A DNA stretch of 63,938 bases, counting the filler, from Octopus bimaculoides (taxonomy: Eukaryota), in NCBI RefSeq assembly GCF_001194135.2. It is 6 parts of 5 records of this genome, joined end to end, with 100 filler letters (N's around TTAATTAATTAA, not from the genome) between each part and the next. Parts side by side here need not be neighbours in the genome. Positions count along the whole stretch, not along the records: positions 24,600 to 51,561 come from NC_068988.1; 5 more parts are not named here. One strand, written 5' to 3'. This document shows positions 40,185-50,219 of the stretch, piece after piece. Below the pieces are notes generated by a model. It was not told the DNA's origin, made no database searches, and worked only from the letters and a program-made list of their open reading frames with translations. Within the stretch, counting starts at the first letter, position 1. Each line of letters begins with the position of its first letter. Position numbers and translations under genes: made by a program.

Positions 40185-40650
40185 GCATATGGATGAGGAC
40201 AGCTGCATAAAGAAATGCTGAGCTCTAATTGTGGAGGGAACTTGTGGGAGAGGTAGACTCCGGAAGATGTGGAACGAAGTGGTAAGAAAGGATCCTGGGC
40301 CTCACTGAGAAAATGACAAGGGGCCAGGAGTTATGGGGATTTGCTGTACTTGAGAAGACACATCAAGCTAAGTAAAATTGCTGTCATCCATATATACAGG
40401 CTTGTCCTTTACAGGTGCCAATGCCACATAAAATGCATTTATGTCTGTGCTATGTATATGAACTAGTGCTGTGTATATGAACATATAAAAAGCACATAAA
40501 AAGCACCCAGCACAGTCTGTAAAGTGGTTGGCTTTAGGAAGGGTATCCAGCTACAGAAATCATGCCACAACAGACAATTAGAGTCTGGTTAGCTCCTGTT
40601 AAACCATCTAACCCATGCCAACATAGCAAACAGACATTGAATGATAATGA
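40185..40650 (+). mobile_element. RTE 3'-end-derived element, CpG-decayed
   Basis: MDEDSCIKKC*ALIVEGTCGRGRLRKMWNEVVRKD, homologous to 60123-60317. 3' end aacccatgcc..gaatgataatgatgat. Confidence 0.75.
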
Positions 40651-41404
40651 TGATGTTGATACTTTTACCCTCCACACAACCATATAAATAGTAAAACTAC
40701 ATCCTTAAATCTTTGCTTCCCATTTGGGATCATAAAATATTTCAGCTCTGTTTAGTTGCTGACCCCTTTATAAAATTTCACTTAGACCACTCTAAAAGTT
40801 GTGCACTCATACTTTTTGCAGACGTCTCACCTATAGAAGTTCAAACTGAAAGATAATAGCATAAATCTTACTTGAATTAGTGTTACAAAGGTGAGGTGTG
40901 ATAGCTAATTAAAACAAATACATTCCTGAAGGTACTCACTACTTACAATGATACCTGTAAAACTTGTAATTTATAATGAACAATTTTTGATAAAATCTAA
41001 ATGCAAACTTATGTTAATTTTTTTTATGTAAAATGAAAATAGACTGAATTGGCAGAATCTAAGAGTGTAAGAAACATAATTTGCAACCTTTACATATTGA
41101 TGTTTACATTCTAAGTTCAATTCTTGCCCAAGTCAACTTATTTTTCACCCTTGTGAATGTTGGGGTTGATCGAATATATACAAGACAAGTACTAGAGTCC
41201 ACTTAATCAGCTGTACCCTCTTTCCAGATTTGTAGCTTTATTCTTTTAATTTTATCTATGTTAAACACGTGTCATTTAGATTTGCAATTTTCTCTCCAAA
41301 TAAATTATATAATGTACAGATAAAATAGGTGTTGAAGGTAAAAAATATTGCAACAGTAAACTTTTTCAAGAAGAATTTATGGAACCTTATTTTATAAATA
41401 AGTC

Positions 41405-41600
41405 TTTCCACAAGGCCTGAAATTTTGGGGAAGGGGGTTTGTTGATTACATCAACCCCAGTGCTTGACTGGTACTTAATTTATTGACCTCGAAAATATGA
41501 AAGGCAAAGTTGACCTCAGTGAAATTTGAACACAGAAAGTAATTTCGGATGAAATGCTGCTAAGCATTTTCTCAGTGTGCTAACGATTCAGCCAGCTATA
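41405..41600 (-). mobile_element. tRNA-SINE (same family as 24781-24960)
   Basis: Shared ttgattacatcaaccccagtgcttgactggtacttaatttattgacc block. Confidence 0.75.
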
Positions 41601-41639
41601 AAATAATGTGCATATAAAGTTTTCTGTAGGCTGTTCAAA

Positions 41640-41880
41640 GGAGCGAACTATGCTTCTATTATATCCTGTTCATTAAAATATTAAGGTCGTAGCGAGTCAG
41701 GAAAGATCTATTACATCGCCGTGACATAGTTCAGTTGTACTGTGGCAGATTTCAGCCAATCAGAGCTGGAGGTATGTGAATAAGATGGCAGTGATCTGCC
41801 TTAGCAGCATAGAAGCGACAGTTTCAAACTAGTTGCTGAAAAGACTGCCTAGAAGCAACATTGCTTTCTTCAGCATGTCA
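41640..41880 (+). promoter_or_regulatory. Candidate promoter / non-coding first exon for the sulfotransferase
   Basis: Non-repetitive CpG-retaining patch with AGCCAATCAG (CCAAT at 41756-60), AAGATGGCAG (YY1-like) and a donor-like GAG|GTATGT (GT at 41772). Motif evidence only. Confidence 0.3.
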
Positions 41881-43934
41881 TATTTTCTGTATCCACCACC
41901 AACTACATGCAACTCACTTGATTAATATCAACTTCAACTCGCTTCATATAAACCTCAGTGTATATAGTACATCATGTGATTTTTCCTGTCTTGCATACAC
42001 ATATATTTGGTTCCCATTCGTATGCAAGATTAATCCTTGTTACCACTTGCTAGCACTCCTTACACTACTGAATAAATTTCAATGTTTTTGTTTTATAAAC
42101 GTGCCTTCTGAATATTCTTTATTAACACCTCTTTAAGAAATCACTGGAAATGGATTCTTTCTATGAACTGTCTTTAAAAAAATGCTAACTACACACATTG
42201 TAACAACTTGAACATGTTACATATAGAAGACATTCCTTCCAACTTACATTAGTGACTCACATGTAACAAGGTTTTAAAACATTTTATATAATGTTTTATT
42301 TAATGATGTATTAAAATAATCTTTTGTGTTTTGCTATTCGTTTGGTAAAACATTTGGTGGCATTCAGTTATAGATTTTTACATTGCTCAACAATAATTTT
42401 CAAGCCAAGGTAATAAATTGCAATGCTGAAATTCATGGAAAACTATTCAAAACAAATGAAGTTTGATTTGGTATTTTGCAAGCACTCCTATAGTTAAAAT
42501 CATGATTTTCAATGATTAAGCCTAGATTTGATTAACTTATCAATAACTGAAAGATCCATGTTTATCCACTTTGCAGTCAATACTTTTTTCAGCTCTGTTA
42601 TTGACATAATTTTTGACAATCTTACAACCTACAATCAAGATGTTACCATGTAGAACTTTAACAAATAATGGAACCTTTACAAATATTTAACAGTATTTTG
42701 TGGCCATTTAATGTATTTTCAACAAAAGAAGCTCTAATCTCCCTATCCCTCCTCTCCCTTCATACACCATAATTCCTATCTTTTCCTTTTTAACTCTTAC
42801 TGGCAAACAATCTGGCTCACATGTTTTTGGTTTTGTTGTGCAAGACATTTATATCTGCCTTGTATTGGAAAATTAGCAGAATTTGTTTTCCTCAGACCTT
42901 ATAATTGATGACCAAAGCTTTGACTTCCTTCTTGCAGAACACTTTGGCTCAATTGAAATTTTCCAGTCTTATTAACTTTTGAAATAATTTTCTTTTGGTG
43001 AAGGTAAAGCATGTGTATACCACCCATTTCTGGTGTATTTTGTTTTCGTTTTCAAAAAATTTTTTGGATTTTTATATTTTTGATATAGGAGAATACGATT
43101 TTGCACAAAAGTCACATTTTCAAAACTTTAATTTCCCCACCCTCACCCCAATTTCTTAATTTTAAACTTTTTACAAATTTTTTTATTAATCCATATAGAA
43201 AAATACAGAGATTATGAATCTGGGATTTTTTTTTTATATAAATTTGAATTTTTCTTAAAGACTCTTAAACACTCAATGACTCTTCCTCCACCTTGCCCAC
43301 CCATCACCTCCCAACTTTTAAAAAGCTAAAAACTCTGAATGTTTTACTTTCATCTCATCTTTCACACATGTATAGGTAAATGACATTATTTCTGGAAAAA
43401 TTTCACTGTTTTCAAAAATGCTAAAAGCGAAACATTTGGAGTTTTTAACTTTTTGAATGTGGTGAGGTGGTGGGTGGAGGCTGGGAAGGGGATTTGAGTG
43501 TTTCTTTAAGAAAAAAATTTTTTTTAATTCTTAAAGATTTGTAATCTATTTTTCTACATGGTGAGAAAAGAAAAAAAAAAGGTTAATACCTAGTTTAACA
43601 CCCAGCCCCCCCCCCAAAAAAGTGTAATAGGTGTAAAAAAAAAGTATAATAGGTGTAAAAAAAGTGTAGTAAAGGAATCTGAAAGCCAAAATTTGCGCAA
43701 ATGAACTGGCGGGGTTGGGAGAGGACTTTCGGAAAATTCACACGATCTGATTTTTTCCCCCTCATAACTTTCAGGAAAATGGATATCTTTTAATGAAATT
43801 TTATCTAAATACCTTTCAAATGGCATAGATTACAATTATAAAGAAATTTGTAGAAAACTGGAAGCATAAATAATATGGCCAGTAGCTGTAGTGCTAATAG
43901 TAATAATGAAATTATGATAATGATGATGACAGTG

Positions 43935-44450
43935 ATAATGATGAGAGGCAAGACGTAGTATGAGCACACACCACAAGGAGTGGTTGAGTTGGAAACTTGA
44001 AAAATCCTGTGGGATTTTGCAATCCAAACATACCATGTGCTTGTGCAAAAGAAGCCAGACATGTACTCTGTAATTGATGTTGTGTGTTCCTTTGACCTAT
44101 GAACAGTTAAGAAGAAAGGTGAAAAGATACACATGTACCTTCCTCCTAAATAAAAGATAGCTAAACTGTGGAAAACAAGAAAGGTGAGGATTGTTTCAAT
44201 TATTGTTGAGTCTTTGGGGACAGTATCAGAAGGCATCCAGAGGAATATAAAGGAAATGGGAATAGAACACTCAACAGAGCTTGTTGCAAAAAGTTCCTTG
44301 ACACAATCAGAATCATTAGGAAAGTATTAGATAGTTGAAAAGAACAGATAACATGGTACCATAGGCTGCAGGTAGCAAGCCCACTACACTTTTTCAAGAC
44401 TCTGAGTTCCAACAAAACCTGTTTATAATAATAATAATGATAATAATAAT
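43935..44450 (+). mobile_element. R4/Dong-type LINE 3' fragment (REL endonuclease + 3'UTR) between AAT/GAT tracts
   Basis: YEHTPQGVVE..KILWDFAIQ..KPD..KLWKTRKVRIVSIIVESLGTVS..RIIRKVLDS*, ending in (AAT)n. Confidence 0.8.
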
Positions 44451-44524
44451 AATACCCAAACTATACAATACAATCTATAAACATACAACACACTATACAG
44501 CAAATATCCAATGAAATAAACAAC

Positions 44525-45070
44525 CACCTAACGCATTACATCTTTCCAAACAGCCTCAGTCTCAACATGGAGGCCTACATTGTGTGTCTGGAGGAGGTAG
44601 TGCTGCCCTGGGTCAAAATGGTGGCTGCTGGAAGACCCTGTGTCTGGCAACAGGACTCTGCACCGTACCACACAAGCAGGAGAACCCAGTCATGGCTCTC
44701 AGATAATTTCTGTGACCAGATTACCCCTAACATCTGGCCACCTAACTTCCCAGACTGCAATCCCCTTGTGTGGGTTGCAGTTGAGCGAGAGACCAATGAA
44801 ACTCCTTGTAACACCAAAGATGAACTGAAGACAAGGATTATGGCAGCATTCACCAACTTAAACAAGGAGACCATCCAGAAGAGTTGCAGGAGATTTTGAA
44901 GTCGTCTGGAGGCTATGGTTGAAACCAATGGCGATTTTATTGAATAAATTTGCTCTTTAGCATTTCAAGATATTTTTCTGTAATTTTGGTAAATATATCT
45001 GTTAAAATGAGATGTCAGTGTTATTTTCATTTTCGCATAATTTAGACAACCGTATATTCACAGCACCCTG
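44525..45070 (+). mobile_element. Tc1/mariner maT-type (DD37D-like) 3' fragment with right TIR
   Basis: VWQQDSAPYHTS..WPPNFPDCNPL..VWVAVERETN..RLEAMVETNGDFIE*. Ends cacagcaccctg followed by TA (45071-72). Confidence 0.85.
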
Positions 45071-45128
45071 TATATATGATTTGACTCATATGTGAAACAT
45101 ATTTTCACAGAGATTCCATAGTTACAAC

Positions 45129-45294
45129 ATGCCTGAAGTTTACTACAAGGATCCTGCTGGATGTCAAATGATCAGCTATGATTACAATGGATTTTTGGTA
45201 CCACCATTTCCAAATATTCAAGAAAATCTTGACAAACTTCCAGATATGCCTGTAAGAGATGATGATGTTTTTCTTCTAGGTTACATGAAATCAG
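45129..45294 (+). CDS. Cytosolic sulfotransferase (Sulfotransfer_1, SULT1-like), first coding exon
   Basis: MPEVYYKDPAGCQMISYDYNGFLVPPFPNIQENLDKLPDMPVRDDDVFLLGYMKS-G, i.e. the R-DD-V---YxKSG 5'-PSB motif. Acceptor ttttcacag at 45102-110 gives an 18-nt UTR part. Donor G|gtatgt, phase 1. Confidence 0.9.
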
Positions 45295-45569
45295 GTATGT
45301 AGTCTTTCATCATTAAGATCATTCCACCATCATGTGTATGCTTCCCTCATTGTTCAAGTATCTCTGCTATTATCTCAGTTATCAGATCACTTCTTAAACA
45401 TCTCTTATACTTTCTCTTTCAAAACCACATTCCAATGGTATTGACGTTCTGTTACATAGTTTCCCTTCAACAAGTAACAAACACTACTTGAATTAATATG
45501 AACTTTATTCTCATTAACATAATTATTTCTTTTACTGAAACCTATTTTTTGATGTATTTAATTTTTATC

Positions 45570-46065
45570 ATCATCCTCATCATCTGTTGTCCATGCTGGC
45601 ATAGGTAGGAGGTTTGACCAAGGCTGGTAAGCTGAGTGGCTGCACTAGATTAGCCTGATTTGGCATGGTTTCTATGGCTGGATGCCTTTCCTAATGCCAA
45701 CCACTCCAAGAGTGTAATGTGTGCTTTTATGTGCCACTGGCATGGGTGCCATTTGCATGGGTGCCATTTGCATGGGTGCCATTTGCATGGATGCCATTTG
45801 CATGACACCAGTATCTGCTACAACTATGGTTTCACACGGCTTGATGGGTCTTCCTTCTGAAGAACAGCATATTGCCAAAGGTCTTGGTCATATGTCATTG
45901 CCTGTGTGAGGCCCAGTGCTCAAATGATGCCTTTTACATGTCAGCAGCTCAGTTGCTAGTTCCACAACACCAACATCAGCCACATTGCTTCTGTGAAGCC
46001 CAATGCTTTTACGTGCCACTGGCACAGGTGCCAGTTATGTGACACTGACAACAGCCACAATGTAG
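45570..46065 (-). mobile_element. RTE-related short element containing 4x15-bp tandem (catgggtgccatttg, 45741-45804)
   Basis: ctggatgcctttcctaatgccaaccactc block shared with 51490 and 58755. The tandem creates the spurious MGAIC ORF. Confidence 0.7.
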
Positions 46066-47638
46066 TCTAGATGCAGATACAGATAGATGTTAATATTCAG
46101 TGTCATGAACCAAGAAGTGTGGGTTTAAGATTCATCTTGTACATACTCTGGTTTTCTGTAATACGTTCCTTGATTTTGTACTCACCTTGAGTTTTACAAT
46201 ACATACATAGCTGAAATGATTGCTGATAATAAAATAAGCAACTTAAAACACATTATGAAAAACAGGTGTATAATATAGGATTTACTAAAATAGAGTAACT
46301 ATTTAGTCAAACCTTTTTGTATCATATATTTCAAAAAAACTTTATAAATTATGAACAATGACAGATATGAGCACTTTGACTTTGGGAGCAGGAGCTCATA
46401 ATAAGAAATGACTTACATTATGGCAGCTTGTCCAACCCATACCAGTATGGTAAATGAACATAAAATAATGGTGAGGTTGGTGATGTATTACTTTTATTTT
46501 CTGTCTTCTGATTAACTGTTTTGATACCAGCGCACACGAGACTGGTTCTGGTTCTATGATTACAAACTTCCTTATTTTAAATGATACAAATTGAAACCAA
46601 TCGTCATTTTGTGCTGATTTCAAAAAGTTCCTGGTATCAAAATGTTCCTGGACTAATTCTGTAGCATGCCAACAGATGACCACACAGTTGCACATGCAGT
46701 GTGGGCTAGCAGTGACCTTCATGACGCAGTGTGCTGAGTGATGTTGTTGTGTTTATTTCGCATGTTGTGAAATTTGTGTTTTTGTGATCATGTGTATGCT
46801 GTAGTCTGCAATTTTTGTCATGGACAGGAAGTTGGAACAAAAAACCAATGTGAAAATTTGTGTTAAACTTGGGAAGTATGCTACAGAGACATTGAACATG
46901 CTTCAGCAAGCTTACAGCGACAAGGCAATTCGTCATATGCAATGTTTCAAGTGGCATAGGCATTTCAAAAGTGGTAGAACATCCTTGGAAGATAACAAGT
47001 GATCTGGAAGACATGCCATGAACATCACCCCCAGGAATGTGGAGAAAATTCACTAGGTTGTGCATGAGGACATTGAAGGACAACAAACAACATTATGAAG
47101 TGTTTGAGGGAGGACATTCAGCAAAAGTGACTGGATCTGTGAAGTGCAAAGAATTGGATTCTTCATGATGATGCTCCACCTTGTCACTGAGCTCTTCTCA
47201 CTCATGAGTTTCTCACCAAAACAACATGCTATTGCTTCTACACCTGTCCTATTCACCAGATTTAGCACCTGCAGACTTCTATCTCTTTCCCAAGATGAAA
47301 ATGCAACTGAAAGGTTGCCATTTTAACGCCATTGTTGAGATCATGAGCAAATCACAGAAAGTCCTCCTCAACTTGCTTACAGAATATGACTTCCAGGCCA
47401 GATTCCAAAAGTGGTAGGTACATTGGGACCAGCTGAAGGTACCAGCAACTTAGACAGTCACCTGGGGTGCCATGTGCTAGGGGCCACCAAGGAGAGCATG
47501 ACAAAGACAAGGAAATTTCCATGACTGTCAGCATGCACATGTCAAAGTTTAGCTTAATACAGTTCTATAATTAAGAGATGAGGAATAATGTACATTATTT
47601 ACATTTGATGGATATTTGTCCTCATCTTGTTTGTTGTT

Positions 47639-47686
47639 AACACAACGTTTCAGCTGATATACCCTCCAGCCTTCATCAGGTGTCTT
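47639..47686 (-). ncRNA. Minimal hammerhead ribozyme motif (left arm)
   Basis: GACAC-CUGAUGA-A-GGCUG[10 nt]CAGCU-GAAA-CGUU-GUGUU. Helix I GACAC/GUGUU, helix II GGCUG/CAGCU, palindromic AACGUU helix III. Confidence 0.65.
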
Positions 47687-47712
47687 GGGGAACCCAGGTT
47701 CGAAATTTCCCC

Positions 47713-47760
47713 AAGACACCTGATGAAGGCTGGAGGGTATATCAGCCGAAACATTGTGTT
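47713..47760 (+). ncRNA. Minimal hammerhead ribozyme motif (right arm; helix III palindrome damaged)
   Basis: GACAC-CUGAUGA-A-GGCUG[10 nt]CAGCC-GAAA-CAUU-GUGUU. Confidence 0.55.
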
Positions 47761-47974
47761 AACAAACAAGATGAGGACAAATATCCATCAAATGTAAATA
47801 ATGTAAATAAAGTTTAGCTTGCCTGGGGTGCCAGCAACCCTAGGGCCAGCCCTGACTGGGACCAGTGAATTTCTGTGCAAGGTGACTATTTTGAAGATGA
47901 TGTTAAAATTTAGGTAAATAAGTTATTTTTTATTAAACACAACTAGTCCAGGAACTTTTTGATACCACCTCATA

Positions 47975-48235
47975 TGCATGTGTGTGTGTGTGTGTGCATG
48001 TATGTGTGTGTGCATGTATGTGTGTGTGTGTGTGCATGTATGTGTGTGTGTGTGTGCATGTATGTGTGTGCGTGCATGTATGTGTGTGTGTGTGCATGTG
48101 TGTGTGTGTATGTGTGTGTGTATGTGTGTGTGTGCATGTATGTGTGTGTGTGTGCATGTATGTGTGTGTGTGCATGTATGTGTGTGTGCATGTATGTGTG
48201 TGTGTGCATGTATGTGTGTGTGTGTGCGTGTGTAT
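47975..48235. repeat. (TG)n-based compound repeat with gcatgta interruptions
   Basis: Direct reading. Confidence 0.9.
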
Positions 48236-49895
48236 ACTTGTGGGCCTCCCGGCATTCAGCCTAGTCGATACAGTGTTGAAATGTATCTATAAGACGCGTA
48301 TTGGCATCTGTCATCATGCCTATTTTCCTTACAATAAAAATTGTTAAAAGGTATTTAAATATTGCATGACATAACTTCAAAAATATATTTAGAATATCTA
48401 AATACAGAAAGTAATACAGATAATAATAGAGAAATGTATTGTACGAAAATTATAAAACATTTACAGAACTTCAGTATATACAATGTTTTAAACTTTTTTC
48501 TTTGGAGCATATATGAAGAGTTTCTGTGGACTTCCTACTCTGGGACAACCTACACACAATTGACCATGTGAGAAATAGCCCTGCAGTGTTTGACCTTGGG
48601 ACTTGTTAATGGTCATTATGATAGATGCCAATATGTGCCTTATAAATACATTTGAGCACCATATAANNNNNNNNNNAGATTTTTGCTTCGATAATGTGAG
48701 GCTGTATTTTAGTCAGAGAGATAAAGACATAGAGAGAGACATTTAGACTGAGAGAAAGCAGAGGTCTGATGTCACACTTGTTTTTTCTCTGTACCCCCTT
48801 TTAAATTATGTTATGCAATATTGAAGTACTTTTTAACGACTTTTATGGTAAGGAAAATGGTCATTATGATAGATGCCAATATGTGCCTTATAAATACATT
48901 TGAGCACCATATAAACCGAACTGAAGGCCGGGAGGCCCACTAGTATATATATATATATATATATATCTGTCTTCTGTCTCTTCCCCACTTTGTCTCACTT
49001 GTGTTTTCTCTCTAACTCCCTTTCTATCTGTCTCACATTTTTTTCTCTAGAGAGAAAAAGTAGGGGTAGTGAGAGAGATAGACCTAGAGAGGGACTTATA
49101 GACAGAGAGAAAACAGAGGTCTGGCAGTGACTTGAAAGGAAATGTTATGTGTAAATTTAGAGAAAGTTGGAAATGGATTGAGCGATAGGTAGAGTATCTT
49201 TTGACTCTGTAAAAAACATTACATTGAAATAGACAGTATGTGGATTGCTAGAAATACGACTCAATACACCACAAAATTGGCCTCCCCCATTCCATTTTCA
49301 GAAAATAAGTGCACAGTTATCTGCGGAATGGTCACATTAATTTAAATGACAGGTAAAACCTGAAATATTATCAGTTTTATTTAGTTTTTTCAGTTGTCAA
49401 CATACAAACAAGCTTTGCTTTTTAGAAGGATATAGAATATACAAGCTCCTTTCAATTTCTTTTTACCAAATCCACTCAAAAGAATTTGGTTGGCTATATT
49501 AACAGACACTTGCCCAAGGTACTTAACCACAGTCACACCTCTAATATGATAACAAAAGGCTTCAACCATATTATTGAATTCTTGCAACCTTTCATAGTAG
49601 AATTCTGGTATCAAATGAAAATGTGGCACAGATAGTGTGGTCAGACTTGAATGATTCTTTGATATCAGGAATCTTATAATCTTCAATCTAAAGAGAATCC
49701 ATGTTAGTATTTTGTACTTTTGAAATATCTAATCAAATTTGTTGAGGCATTTAATCATTAATATTTCTAATGAATTCAATGAATCTTCTTACAACTACAC
49801 TTTGCTCAAGTAGCCATTATGATAATATAAGTGAATGTTGACGTAGGAATTGGTGTTTATGTTCTACTCTTGAAACTTCAATCTTTCCAACATAG

Positions 49896-50219
49896 GTTGT
49901 CACTGGATGTGGGAAATTACTGGAATGTTAGTTAATGGTTCTGCTGAATATAACCCAGAACATAAATGTAGTGCAATGATGGAGCTGATGGAACAAGAAA
50001 AACTAGACCAGATTCCATCACCCAGAGTTCTAAACAACCACCTGTTCTTGCATCATTTACCAAAAGAGATATTTACCAAAAAATCTAAAATGATTTTCAT
50101 GACACGCAACCCTCGTGATATTGCTGCCTCTGCCTACCACCATATATTTCAGTTTAAGGTCATGTATCAGTATGATGGAGATTGGAATGGTTTCTTTGAA
50201 CTGCTTTTAGCTGGCAAAT
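49896..50219 (+). CDS. Cytosolic sulfotransferase, second coding exon (phase 1-1, 324 nt)
   Basis: Acceptor ctttccaacatag. Completes the split Gly then reads CHWMWEITGML..IPSPRVLNNHL (catalytic His context)..MIFMTRNPRDIAASAYHH (3'-PB motif)..YDGDWNGFFELLLAGK. Donor T|gtacgt at 50220. In frame with exon 1. Confidence 0.93.

Larger units (their letters stand above)
47556..47808. mobile_element. Penelope-derived fold-back (inverted pLTR pair) with 12-bp TSD AAAGTTTAGCTT
   Basis: Arms 47591-47692 and 47707-47805 are reverse complements with few differences; 14-nt loop. TSD at 47544-55 and 47809-20. Confidence 0.8.
47430..47854. mobile_element. Probable hAT-type MITE inserted in the mariner
   Basis: Flanked by near-identical 8-mers attgggac (47422-29) and actgggac (47855-62), with CAG...CTG ends. 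TIR similarity beyond that is weak. Confidence 0.45.
46619..47972 (+). mobile_element. Internally deleted mariner hosting nested insertions
   Basis: MDRKLEQKTNVKICVKLGKYATETLNMLQQAY..FKSGRTSLED and PYSPDLAPADFYLFPKMK. Right TIR ccaggaactttttgataccacctca + TA; degenerate left TIR tcaaaaagttcctgg. Confidence 0.85.

Noticed and set aside
45721-45909. MGAIC pentapeptide-repeat ORF
   Set aside because: A 15-bp tandem expansion inside a SINE-like repeat.
49390-49686. 98-aa minus-strand ORF in the SULT intron
   Set aside because: No motif recognised and no splice support.
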